Shown here in pieces: positions 51,904 through 64,000 of a stretch of DNA of 64,000 nt. A program made the translations under genes and the position numbers. The stretch is from contig MU006095.1 of the NCBI GenBank assembly GCA_010093705.1, forward strand, positions 992,001-1,056,000, in the 5' to 3' direction. Each line of letters begins with the position of its first letter. Position 1 is the first letter of the stretch. This DNA comes from Patellaria atrata CBS 101060. Taxonomy: Eukaryota. The notes beneath the pieces are model-generated. The model was not told the origin of the DNA and ran no database searches. It worked only from the letters and a program-made list of their open reading frames with translations.

Positions 51904-53512
51904 ATGCATCCTACTCCAATATTGAAGCGCACTGCTTCGAATGATAGCCAAGGAACACAATCAAGTCATGGAAGCGGACACTCAAGGCGACTGTTGTTCG
52001 GTGAAATTCCGACTCCTACCGCGTCAGATTGTCGAAGTAAGACGAGACTTGTTTACTAAATCATTAATTATTTCACTATGACCTAGAAACTAATACGGTA
52101 TTATTATAGCGCAACGCTCAAATAGCACAGTATGCAATCTGGTGATGACTACCAGCTCAACATTCTTGCGTTTCTGGTTGCAGGAAGATTGTCGCGATGC
52201 TTTTCTCTCTGCCGTTGATAAAGAAGACCTTCCAAATATCCGTCTTGTTTGTCATGATTTCGCAACACGCGCTGCGCCTGTACTGTTCGACGACATGAGT
52301 ATTACCTTCAGGGCGAGCACCTTCACCAGACCTGCCCGTATGGCTGCCCTAGAAAGAATAGGTCATCACGTGAAGACAGTCAGTTTCAACGCACCACATA
52401 CCCCTGAGGCATTCCTTCCGCCATTGATCGATCCATTTACGGGAGAACAGAGGGAGTTCATCTATGAACCGCAAGTTCATACACCCAAGACTCTTGTTGG
52501 ACGAGTCCGTCAACCAAAATATGGATCGTGGGAGATCACGGACCTACTGATCAAACAATATCCTCCTCTATTCCATGCAGCGACCAACATCTCAGCCTTC
52601 GTCCGCGCATTTACTGCCCTTAGCTCCCTTAAGCATCTCAAGGTCAGCTGCGAAGGCCAGCCCCCCGGACAAAGACATCGTCGCAGCACCGTAGACTACG
52701 CGCTCATCTCCCTCCGCATAGCCATCGAACGTGCTCCTCTCGAGGAGCTAGATACCCTGTCTCTCCTTTCCATCCACCCTGGAGCACTCCTCTACCTCCA
52801 ACCGATGCTAGGATTTGGCTCTACCCCAAGCTCATCCAGAAAATGGGCTCAAATCCGCAAACTGGCCATCCACGTCGACAGCTTCGCCTCCGCCGGTAAA
52901 GTCCCAACAGAGCATCTGCGTCTCCTCCAAAGCTACCTCCGCACCTTCTCACCATCCCTTACTCGCTTAATCTTCCGCTGGAAAGGCGAGAGAGGTCCCT
53001 CGCCGCTGACACTGGACCTCGAACCATCACTCCATTCCCCCTCACGTGATCCAAGTGCGATGAGCATGTGCGCTCCCCGTCCCCTCAAATTCCGCAAGCT
53101 AAGGTATTTGGAACTGGAGAACGCGGTTTCCGATGCGCCGCAAATAAGCACCTTCATATCGCGCCACCGCCGGCTTCTGTCCGAGTTCAACTTCGAAGAC
53201 GTCAAGCTCCGCTCTGGGAGCTGGGACGAAGCATTAAGCCCCTTAACCCGCATCAGCGGCAACGAGAACTGGAAGAAGCAGCAGGAAGAGGTCATGGACG
53301 TCCCGCTCATCCTTAGCCCGGTCAACTTGGAACCCAGGATTGTGGACGCGGCGATCAAGGAGCAGAAGGCGGAAAGGGGGAGCATGACGATGAGTAAGTG
53401 GCTGGGCAGGAGTAAGTCGGGAACTGCGGCGAAGAAGGCGAAGGAACAGTTTTGGGGCAGCTCGGAGCATATGAGGAAGTTTTTGAGGGGAAGTATGTTG
53501 GCGTGGCGTTGA
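51904..53512 (+). CDS. Conserved fungal hypothetical protein, F-box-like N-terminus with RNI/LRR-like region
   Basis: 456-codon main exon with DLPNIRLVCHDF (F-box-like) and LxxLxL repeats. An upstream exon (MHPTPILKRT...) joins through a phase-1 intron 52037-52109. Confidence 0.75.
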
Positions 53513-54359
53513 CCCTTTAAGCGGAGGGGAGGGTTGGAAGGAGGTTTTTATGACGACAACTTTCGTTACGAAGCACGATGTATGATGGCGCGAGCATTGT
53601 CGGCGCGATTGGTCTAGGTGTTTAAAAGAGGGCATTCATTCATTTGGGCCATTGGCGGGTTGGGCGTATGTTGACCGGCTTCCTCGCGGTGAGGACAGCG
53701 ACGGTGGATCAACGGATGGGCATCTGGGTCGAGATTTTCGATGCATCTATTATTGTTGGCTTCGCTATTCAAATGTCTTACGAGTACGAGTTACGCTCAT
53801 TGCATCTTCATCTTTTTGGTTCATGTCATTCCTTCTGATGACCCAACGCTCCTTACGCATATTCTCGAGGCCGAATGCGGTTATGACTGCTCGACGCAAT
53901 GATTACCTTAGTATACTTCCAAGCAATTATTTCACACTGTTTATCTATGAATAAAACCTTAAAGCCAAATTTAAATCCCAATCTCATCATAAACAAGATC
54001 TATTACAGTATCAGTGCATTATATCCCCTCACGTGCTCCCAACTCCTCATCCCTGACACGCCGCGTGACCAAACCTCGGCCATCACATGCAAACAGCCAA
54101 AATTCGGGGACCCAGCCCTTCACCGCGTCACTCACTCCGAACATCAACCACCATCCCATCTCACCTCAGAACCACACAAACCCAAAAAAAGCCATCCCCA
54201 CATCCGCTTCCTCGGTCGTTGTACTGTACCCAAGTATTTAACACTGACATCCCGTAGCACCTGTCCACCTCCATTACAACCCATCAAAACCCATCATCCT
54301 CATCCTATCGCCACACCGACCCCAAAACTCAAACCACCAACCCACCAACAACACCCAAA

Positions 54360-54899
54360 ATGTCCCTCAAAGACGGTACGCCCCCTAATCCCCCGCTAAC
54401 AAACCCTCCCCTAAATCTAACCCCACAGACTCCTTCCCCTCCTCCACCGCCTTCGACGCAATCTCCGCCTCCCTCTCCTCCTCCCCCTCCGAAAAAAAAT
54501 CCGCCCTAAAAACCGGCAACGGGATTTACGCCTTCACGCTCAAATCCCCCTCCGGAGCGACTTCAAGCTGGTACATCGACTTAAAAACGAGTGGTACGGT
54601 AGGCCGGGGGCTCGCGCCCGAGGGGGGGAAACCGGATGGTACGTTTTTTTTTTTTTTTTTCTTCAAGTCGGGGGTCAAGGGTTTGGTTATTGGTTCAATG
54701 GCTGACGAGTATTTGATGGGGGGATACAGTGACGCTCGTATTGAGTGATTCCGATTTCTCCGCTTTGATCTCTGGTAAAGCGAATGCGCAGAAGTTGTTC
54801 ATGAGTGGGAAGCTCAAGGTTAAGGGGGATGTGATGAAGGCGACGAGGATGGAGCCGATTTTGAAGAGGGCGCAGAGTCAGGGACAGAGTAAACTATAA
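54360..54899 (+). CDS. Peroxisomal sterol carrier protein 2 (POX18-like), 131 aa
   Basis: Exons 54360-54375, 54429-54638 and 54730-54899. Motifs FPSSTAFDAI, WYIDLK, ANAQKLFMSGKLKVKGDVMKA and C-terminal PTS1 SKL*. Absent from the ORF track. Confidence 0.93.
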
Positions 54900-55173
54900 A
54901 GGGGTTTGGCGTTGGGATGGTGAGGGGAGGGAAAGGGGAAAAGGACGGTGAGGGATGAGGGGGGAAGACTTTCGGTTGAGGGTTAGGTTGCTGTGTAAAT
55001 ACGACAGGTTGACGGAAATATCGGATGTTGAATCGATGGTCATAAGAGTATAACACTTTGCTTAAACATCCATTACTCTGTATCTATCCGCGGGTATAAA
55101 CTCATCATACAAATTCAAATCATCTTAATCCGGGTATCCCCCTCCCAAAACCCGAATCCACCATCGCAAACAC

Positions 55174-58100
55174 CTAAGACGATCCAGCACCCTCCCCTTC
55201 CTTCGCAGCCGCCTCCCTCCCCTGTACCATAAGCCTCCGATGCTCCTCCTCCAACAAACTCTGCCTCTTCACATACTCAAGCACGATCTCCTCTTCAGTC
55301 CTCTGCCTCTCCATCTCCCTGCCCTCAATCTCCGACTCCTCAATCGCCCTCTTGAGCTCCTGCTCCCCTTTCCCCTCCAACTCCGCACTCCTCGAAACAT
55401 GCAATGCCTTCTTCAGCTCCTCATCATGATCTTCATACTCATTATTCTTCGACAACTCCAGCGCCTTCTTGAACTCATCGTCCTCGTCCGTCTCATCCTC
55501 CGGTCCAAAGCGTTCAGCCTCCCTAACGCTAGCGCGTATGGCGCGCTGAACTACTTCCTCCTCATCCACGCTCTCGGGGTGCCGTTCCATTTCCTGCACG
55601 CTGGCTCTGATGGCACGTTCCAGCATCTCCGCCTCCTCCGGATCACCATGCGCGGTCTCCTGGATGGATTTCTGTATCGCAAGTTCGAGGTCTCTATCAT
55701 CGGCATCTGAATCATAGGGGTCTGACTCGTCCGATCTGCGGGAATGGATGTGGGGACTCGGTTGCGGTGGCGTTGTTCTCGAGCGATGAGGTAGATGGGG
55801 CGGCTGGTGGGAATCTGGGGAACGCTGGCCGAGTTGCGAATTCTGGAGGTTATAGAGGTTGTTCTGTGTTGAGGAAAGACTGTTAACCGTCGTACTTGGC
55901 GTGATGGTGCTCGTATAGAACGACGTGGACCTCGTAGGATACGTATCGTATGTCGTGGTGCCGGTGAGTTCCGAGTCCCTCCTCTCTGTCCGCGTGGGTG
56001 TATCCGTCCCATCAGCCTTTCCCTTCCCCTTCTTCTTCGACTTCTTCTTTTCCCTATGCTTTTCGATTATCGTGTGAATCGCCTCCAATTGATCCTCTCC
56101 CAAATTCTTCTTCTTCTTTAGGTTTTGCTTCATAACCCTCCACCTATGTAATATATCCGCCCTCTCCTCCGGCGACGCGTTATTCCAATCATCATACCCC
56201 TGCGCCGTTCTTGCGGCAAGGATACAATTATGCATATTCGCACCAAACTGCTTTGCCAGTTCTTTGTATATGCCTTTGAACGCGTACCCAGGAAGAGCCC
56301 AAATACCAGCACCTGGTTTGAGGATGAGACCCGCAACACCACGGCCAAAGCCTTTTGTGAAGCCTTCGAAACCGCCGGTCTTTGCGCCTTTGTAGGGTTG
56401 GGTTACGAGACCGGTCACGCCCTCATAGAAGCCGAGACCGAGTTCTTTAGCGGAGGTTTTAAGACCGCTTTGAAAGCCGGTTACGGGCTCAATCGTTCTA
56501 ACCTCCTCTCCGTAAAGCTTCGGTAGATTGTGAAAGCCTTTCGAGAGACCTAAGCTAAAGTCCATAGGGGATCTTAGGCCTGCACCGACGATACGAGCAA
56601 CTCCTTTCCCCGTACCTAAGGCGACCTCGACTCGTTGAGCGGTAGCACAACTTCCACCATCCGCATGCGAACGACTAGTGGACCGACGATGGAGAGATGA
56701 TGAACGACGACGTCTTGATCCCGATCCAGATCCGGACCGCGAGTGGCCAAAAGCTTCAGCCAACGCTCCGCCCGAAGGCCGTCCTCGAGAATTGGATTCG
56801 TACAAACCGAATGTGCTATCGGATTGTACCGTCGGTGCCGCAGATAACGGAGATGTTGGAGAAGTCACGGTATTCTCTTGAGAGGTTCGCGGTGTAGAAT
56901 GATCCGTGATGTGGAAAGGAGGAGTACTTCCATCTGTTGGTGTTGTTGAGTCACTGTGCAATGACGTCGTAGATGTGTTAGCAGAATTATCTTTAATTGT
57001 TTGCGTCCGTGTCTTAGTCTTGATAGACCAAACACAAGAGGGTCCTTCGTCTGGTATAGAACTGTCATCTTTCCTAGATGCTCGTTGGCTCTTGTCAGGA
57101 TGGATATGTAAAGCCTTTAATGTCTCGATTGGCATATCAGCCACACCCATCATCATAGTGGTAATTGTACCCATGAGAGCTCCAGCGGCACCGGTGAGCG
57201 GTTCGATTGGCCCGGATTCCACGTCATATTCGCGTGGTCGGTAAAGTTTAAGTTCACTCCAGTCCAAAGCACCTTCATGCGTAAGTACGGTTGCAGCAAG
57301 AGCACTCAGCCGGACGTTAGTCCTCTTGACTCTCCAAACCGCCGCTCGACTAGGAGCAAGTGCACACCGTAATTTGTCAACTTCAAGCATTTGATGGAAA
57401 CATGCGGCTCCTAGTTCGTTCCCTTTCTCAGAACTGATTTTGTCGCGAAGCTCACTAGCTCTCTCAAGGGATTCTGGTTTCAAGGCCTCGAGTATCGCTT
57501 CTGCAAGATTATCGGATGTGAGTTGCTTATTTGGAATCGGTGCAGGACCAGCTCCAGCTCGATGGACCATAGAACCCCAAAACGGCTGGTCACCAAAGAA
57601 CGGTACCACAACTGTCGGTCTTCCTGCAGCTATTCCAGCGGCTGTCGTGCCAGCTCCACCATGATGAACAACACAGGACACATGTTTGAATAACCAATCA
57701 TGCGGTACATTTCCAAGCATGAAGACGCCTTCTGGAATGCCTATTTCGTCCGCTCCAATACCACCCCAACCTTTTGATACGAGCGCTCTCTGGCCAGTTT
57801 TAGCCACAGCTTCAAAGATGAGTTTTGTCATGGCATTGGGGTCGTCAACGACAATAGACCCAAAACCGATATACGCGGGTGGGGGTCCAGCTTTCAGGAA
57901 TGCGTCAAGATCCGATGCGGGAGTGTAATTCGATGCTAACGATAGGAAATAGAAACCAGCAATCGAGATATTATTTCCCCAATCTTTCGGTTTCGGGATC
58001 AGTGCGGGCGACCTTGGTACCATAAGCTTAGATTTCTTGACAGAAATGGGATGACTCACCAACAATAAGTGAATGGAATTCGCAGTCTTGCTAACACCCC

Positions 58101-59561
58101 AGGAGCCCATAACGAACTCAGGGGCTCTAAGCCTAGAGTCGCAACCCTGAATCTGTTGATAACATCTCCTAGACCTTGCCAAGTCAACATATCAACTAGA
58201 GCATATGACATGTAATTAGAGAGAGAAGGATCGGTATTAGAGGATTGAATGTTAGCTAAAGGATGTGGGAATGCTTGCGTAGGGGACCATGGCATACTAG
58301 AAGTTGTTAGCAGTGAATTTTACATGAAGTTTTCTTCAGACTTACGTAAACATTATATGAAGAGGTATACCAAATTTCTCTGCGATATGGATATGCGCAA
58401 AGCTTGGGGGATTCGCGATAACCGCATCAGCGACGAATGGTCTCTCGTCTAGGTTCATACTGTCCACCCAAGCCTCAGAGGATGCTTCTCCTGGTGAAAT
58501 GCGCATACCATCTCCTGCTTCAATACATGATCTATAGCATCCTTTTAATATATCTGCGATTCCTCTTCGGCGTTTTCCTACGTCTCCATTACGCAATGTC
58601 TCAAATCCTGGCATCAGACCAGGGTTCTTGACCATGAAAGCCATAAGTTCGGAAGGATCACCAGATATACTGAAGAACTCGAGCCCATTCTCTTCTACGA
58701 AGTTTTTGAATGTCGGATGTGTAGCTAACCGTACTCTGTGTTTGTACGTCTCCTTTAAAACTTTACCAAGAGCCACGAAAGGTTGGACATCACCTCTTGA
58801 GCCAACAACTTGGATAACTACGTTTAAAGGTGGAGGAGGTTCCTGGCCAGGAAGACCACCTAGTGAAGGGGGAATATAAGCGGGAGGAGGTGCAGGTTCG
58901 CGGGCGAGGAGATCAAGCTGACTCCTGAGAGCTGGTTGGAAGATCTGTGAGAACCGACGATGTTTCTCATTAATGCGGATATTGACACGTCCATCGTCTA
59001 TTCTTGTCAGTAGTATTCGCTATAGTCTTAGGGGGTTTGACACGAACCCGCAACACTCGCATTGGTTCCATAGCCGTCGCCCTCCTCAGTCAGATACCCC
59101 AAAGTATCACTATAAGCCGGCGGCGGAATATGTTCATCGGAATGTCTAGGTTCAGGGTTATGTGTCAGATCGTGTTCATCTAACCCAGTGTTATAGTTGT
59201 TTTGCCCATTGGTAGTAGGGAGACTAATTTATCCGATGGTTAGTACTTGGTAGGAAGAAAGTAGTCGAGTATATTTTACTTACGTTGAGTGCTCGCCAGT
59301 ATGTGCAATTACTTCTGGGAATTGAGAGGAGTATTCTGCTTTCTCTCGCGGAGATTGTCTTCGTTCATCTTCAGGCCACAATTGTGGAGGAGGGCCGCTC
59401 TGAGGTTCATTCGCTGCGACAGTGACTGCGGCGGCTGCAACTTCTTGAAGTCCTATGGGAGTCGAGGTTTCATGCTCATTTGAAGTTCCATACGTGCGCG
59501 TATGGTCATTCTCATTCACGGTGTCCCCTATCGGAGTATATGACGGTGGTGGGGAGGCCAT
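55174..59561 (-). CDS. GT1 sterol 3-beta-glucosyltransferase-like protein with long C-terminal extension
   Basis: [75 protein letters not shown] and [10 protein letters not shown]. Five exons. No PH/GRAM domains seen. Confidence 0.92.
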
Positions 59562-60313
59562 TATCAAGCCAAGGGAATTATACCGAAAGCGAATTATCTA
59601 TAAACTGAATGGAACGACAATGGGTATCTCGGTACTATGAAATCAAAAGTAAATTAAGAGTGAAAGTAGTGCTGCCTGAAGAGAAGGGAATTCTGAATTT
59701 AGATGTGCTCAAATGACATGATGGTTTTATCTTTTGTTAACCTGATTCATGCATTGGCCGAATAAGTGACGAAGCGCCCTGTGACGGTGGTGATGCCGCT
59801 TGCACCCCCGCCCGTGTCTGGACGTTCAAGGGCCAAATAGCGTGCCCTCCGCATCCTCTTTAAGACAAAGGTCGGTACAAAGGTACCTTACACATGCTAG
59901 CAAATGACGAATCCGCTAGATGAGTACGATGCTCTCCCTTCAGCTAATATTGATACTATCGCGTACATTTTATTCAAGAGAATTGAACTTCATTCCTTCC
60001 TATCCTCCATGAACTCATACAAAAGCGTCCTTCCTAGAAGCAGTATGGGCTGAAAATCATCTATCATCCGGCCGCGTAGCGGACGAACATGTGGCACGGT
60101 GATCAAGGACAAACCCACTGAACATCTCAATGTGTCCGAATAGATGCTAGATCTATTCACATGGAGTACTGCAAGTGATACACAATAAGATTTAAGATAG
60201 CTTACTCACCTTGTTAAAGAATTAAGTAGCACCTGGGCAATGCACCTCCTCATATTGATTATGAGGGCTGCTGGGTTTAACATACATAACCAATTATATC
60301 TTCACCTTACTAT

Positions 60314-62718
60314 TCATGCTTCTCTCCCACGACTAACCGATCTTTCAATCCTTATCTGCGCATCTTCCTCCTCAGCTGCGTTCAGATCTTCACTTGGGAG
60401 AAGGACAGCCTTATCAATAGCAACCGGAAGCCCACGATGTCTACCCCTAACCATGACAGCACACAGTATTAGCTTACTCAGTGCGTGAAAACTACCACAG
60501 AAGCTGTATGCGTCGTAAGGTAGCCCGACAGAGATCCCGACACAGCCGTACGCGGATACAGTATCGAATATCACGTTGAAGACGGAGAAGACCGCTGGAT
60601 CACGTTCAAACTGGGACCCTTCGATGATCATGACGAGAAACACTGCGAGAACGAGCCACCATATATCGTGAGCTAGCTGAGCCCGTAATTGTTGCCGTAC
60701 GAAATACGTCTTTCTGTCCTGGTCTCCTAATCCTGTGATATGCCTTTTTAGGAAACCGAAGATCGTATGAGGTACCCCTGGGTTTTCGTCGAAATCTGGA
60801 TCATCAGAGTATATTCCAAGGCTTCTTTCCTCATACACGTTGGAGTTACGCATGGTGATGACGACAGGGTATACGGATATGTACATCATTACGAGGTAGA
60901 GTACCTGTAGACTGACACGAACGGATGAGATTGGGACGACGTAGAACCCACCAGATCGCACGGCAAGAGCTTGGAAGAGACCTCCAAGAACTTGAACCCC
61001 ATGAGGAAGTTGCGTGATTGCTTTATTCCCGATCTAGAGGTGATGACGATTAAGCTCTTACTATGAGACAAGAAGATAATTTCGAGACTCACATTCAAAA
61101 CTTCAAAAGCAGCCCAGTCAATGCCATTAAGAGAAACGACACTGAGTAGTAACCACCAACTATGTTTAGCAGGGAAAAGGTTGGTGTAACATCTTCTGGG
61201 ATGGTCTAGAAGAAATCGAAGGGTCTTTCGCCATTCATCCCATGATTTATCCTTCGGCATCAGCTTGAGCATGGTCCATACGAGAAGTCTGAGGAAGAGT
61301 GGGTAACATGTATTACCAGCAAGAATCATGATACCCATCGTCATCAGCATATAGATTGAAGTTTGATATGCCACCATATTAGCGTCCAGAAGGCTCATTC
61401 CAGAATTGTTAAAAGCAGAGACAGCGTTGAATGCACCAACCCACCTTACATTGTCAGTATCTCGATTTCAAATTTGCGTTATGGATCACATACCAAGGGT
61501 TCAACCCGTTTCTTCTCGCCGAATCCGGTCTTTTATTTGCAACGTACGCTCCAAGGGCTATGCAACCAAGTAGTTGCCAAAGAATAAAGTATAGAGGTAC
61601 GAGATAACCAAGAAATCTTACAGCCGCATACTCCACGCCTCCCAGCTTCTTACGTTCAGCTTCCGTAAGATTGTAGAATTGCGAGTTACGAGCGATCATT
61701 CCCTCAGATGAGAAATACATATTGGTGCGTCTTCGAGGCGTCATAGACTGCGGAGTTGAACTCTTCACAGAACTGGATGATCCAGGTCTTTCAAGATGTA
61801 AGCGTTGATGTAAAGTTGCTGCTGAGCGAGCGCCGACGCCCATCATCGAGAAAGGGTGATAATGATGAGAGTTTATTTTTCTTCTAGAACTAATCCTTTC
61901 CGAAGAGGGGGGCTTAATCTCCGAATCGAAAGCGATATGTTCTGAGCTTCGTTCTTTATACTGCTGAGCTGGAGTTTCAGTAGGCGCACAATCGTTCGAA
62001 AGAGACTTTTCGATATTCGTCCCATTTCTACCTTCTTCTACAGTAGAGGACTCTATATCAGATATATCTCGCATCTGTTCACCTCGGGGTCTATTACTAT
62101 GGCTTCGTGGTGTTGGTGTAGAGTTGTTGGAATGTCTCGGCTGATCCAAAGACGTTCTTTGACTCGATATCTCCTTAATTGTGTTCAAAACAGGTCTACT
62201 GGGGGTCTGCAGATGTGATCGAGACCGAGATCGAGACCGTGTTCTCGAAAGAGATATCGAAAGTGAAGGACCGGGCGCTCTCTTACGTGTTTCTTCGAGG
62301 ATGTGCTCGAATTTGGACTCAAATGCTTTCTTTCTGACGTGAACGACGAATGCAGAAACGAATATGGCAGACCCAAGCATTATAAGTACAAAAAGGACTA
62401 TCTGCTGGAATGTATTGAGGGTGGATAGATTTATTGTGTTCAAGCCCCTGGATGCTCTCAGCAAATGACATTTTGAAGAGACTATTCTTCTTACGCTAAT
62501 GTCATAGCACTCGTGGTCAAGAATAATGCATCAGTAAAGCTAACACTTCTAAATGGAGTTGAAGCTCTCCAAAATATAACCGCTGATGCGAGACAAGTAC
62601 CGAGGAAATACGCATAATGGATTGTTATGAAGTTCAGGGGTGGTAAGGGACGACGAACAAAACGGAAAAGACGTCGTAGAGGGATTTTCAAGAACATATT
62701 TTTGAAATGAATACCCAT
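60314..62718 (-). CDS. Trk-family potassium transporter
   Basis: LNFITIHYAYF, SAMTLAGLN, FNAVSAFNNSGMSLLD, RRCYTNLFP, RSGGFYVV, MMYISVYP, SAYGCVGISVG and RGRHRGLPVAIDKAVLLP. Three introns. Confidence 0.93.
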
Positions 62719-63753
62719 TGTAGTGCACCCTCAGTGGGTGAGGTAGTGATACAAGTGTAGTCAATCTAAGGTACGATGCTGAGAAAGGTGGATACTCTTC
62801 GCAAAGGACTAAGGTATTGACTCTCTCCCGCAGCAGGAACGACACAAATAATGCGATATTGTGGTCATCTAATATTCAGGCGTCAGATGATTGAAAATAA
62901 CTCTTCTCCAGACGTTAAATAGTAGACTCGGTATTTAGATGGCTGGTGGATAATTTGCTGTTTTGGAACCGGTCGAAGACTACGTACCTTACTGCAGTTC
63001 TAGGGTGAGATTTAGCCTCATCCCCATGATGACTTATAGTAGTTCTACAGTATAACAATTGTCATTTATCTCTCTGAATGTCCTTATTCACTATACCTAT
63101 CTCATTGCTGTATCTATGTTTGATCGCCCTCTTTTTCTAGTATTATCGAGAATTTTATGTGTCTGAAACTGACGAAAGCAGCTGAAACCCAGTTCAATAG
63201 AATAAATACCTCAACTAGTTTCTCACCCGGAAGGCATGGTTTTATCACTTTGTCAAACAATTATCGACTAAGCACTCAAAGAAGAGAAATCATTTGGACA
63301 ACGGAACTAACGGCCCGATGGCATGTAAAGGTATCATTATTAACTGAAGTGAACACTGATAATTTGATTTCTACTGAGCCACGGGTCTAGAATCTTACGA
63401 TGTGGATGGTTTGAAAAAGGGGGGTTTCTCTGAGGCTGTGCAGAATGGAAGCTGGATTAAGGTTGGTAGCACGGGTGGCTAGTGATTGACGTAGCCGCCG
63501 AAAAGGGCAAGGGGGAGATCGCAACGAGGAGACCTGGTGGGGGGTGAACAGAAGAAACCAAGCTTGTCATTGATACGATATTTCTAAGTCTCATCTCCAA
63601 CCTGTTTCAGCTGCCGCTCTCTACAAAACCCTTCTTCTCTCTACCTAACTTTTCTCTACGAACAAACTATCCCATCTGTAATACACAATATCATTCTTCC
63701 TGATCCGTCAACGACACCGACCATAGTCCTTCTCCTCATACACTATAAACACA

Positions 63754-64000
63754 ATGGCAGGACACAACGATCCTCGTCTTCTCTATTCCATATCAGGGAT
63801 CAAGGCCTATCATATTCAGAATGGTGAGGAGCACGACTTGACACCGTCGGGACCACAGACGCTCTCCCTTCTTATGGTTCCAACTAACAGTCCTTTCGCT
63901 GATCTAAGGTATGATTTCATATCTTAAAATAGATTAGACAATAATAACTTATGGTCTAGCAATACTCTTGGTCAGAATGAAGCACCAGAAGAAGACTTTT
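63754..64000 (+). CDS. Spartin/senescence-domain-like protein, 5' part only
   Basis: MAGHNDPRLLYSISGIKAYHIQNGEEHDLTPSGPQTLSLLMVPT resembles the N-terminus of fungal spartin-like proteins. Intron at about 63909-63959. Truncated by the window edge. Confidence 0.65.

Noticed and set aside
53899..54399. 166-aa ORF upstream of SCP2
   Set aside because: Low-complexity C/A-rich promoter or UTR sequence running out of frame into the real SCP2 exon 1.
45634..62718. Sln1-like kinase plus Trk transporter as an osmoregulation cluster
   Set aside because: Separated by three unrelated genes, with nothing in the sequence linking them.

Overview
Eukaryotic DNA from a filamentous ascomycete (Pezizomycotina; Dothideomycete-like by inference), with short GT-AG introns carrying CTAAC/CTGAC branch sites. 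Most ORF-track entries are exon fragments or antisense shadows, and many of their 'M' starts are GTG/TTG. I reconstructed about 23 genes by hand. In order: RPB1 head-to-head with SWD1; a multiply disabled protein kinase; a Maf-like pyrophosphatase; an NADP-dependent MDR reductase; a Cps1-like GT2 synthase in gene-poor DNA; a three-gene L-rhamnose catabolic cluster (DHDPS-family aldolase, LRA2 lactonase, LRA1 dehydrogenase) with a CGG-N11-CCG site in the shared promoter; RMD5/GID2; an 842-aa repeat-rich protein; an accessory-looking tract with frameshifted genes and a secreted beta/gamma-crystallin-like protein; an Sln1/TcsB-like histidine kinase; an F-box-like protein; a peroxisomal SCP2 missed by the ORF track; a sterol glucosyltransferase-like GT1 with an ATG_C-like helix and UIM array; a Trk K+ transporter; and the start of a spartin-like gene. 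No rRNA, tRNA, CRISPR or intact transposon was recognised. All family calls rest on motif recognition, not database searches.
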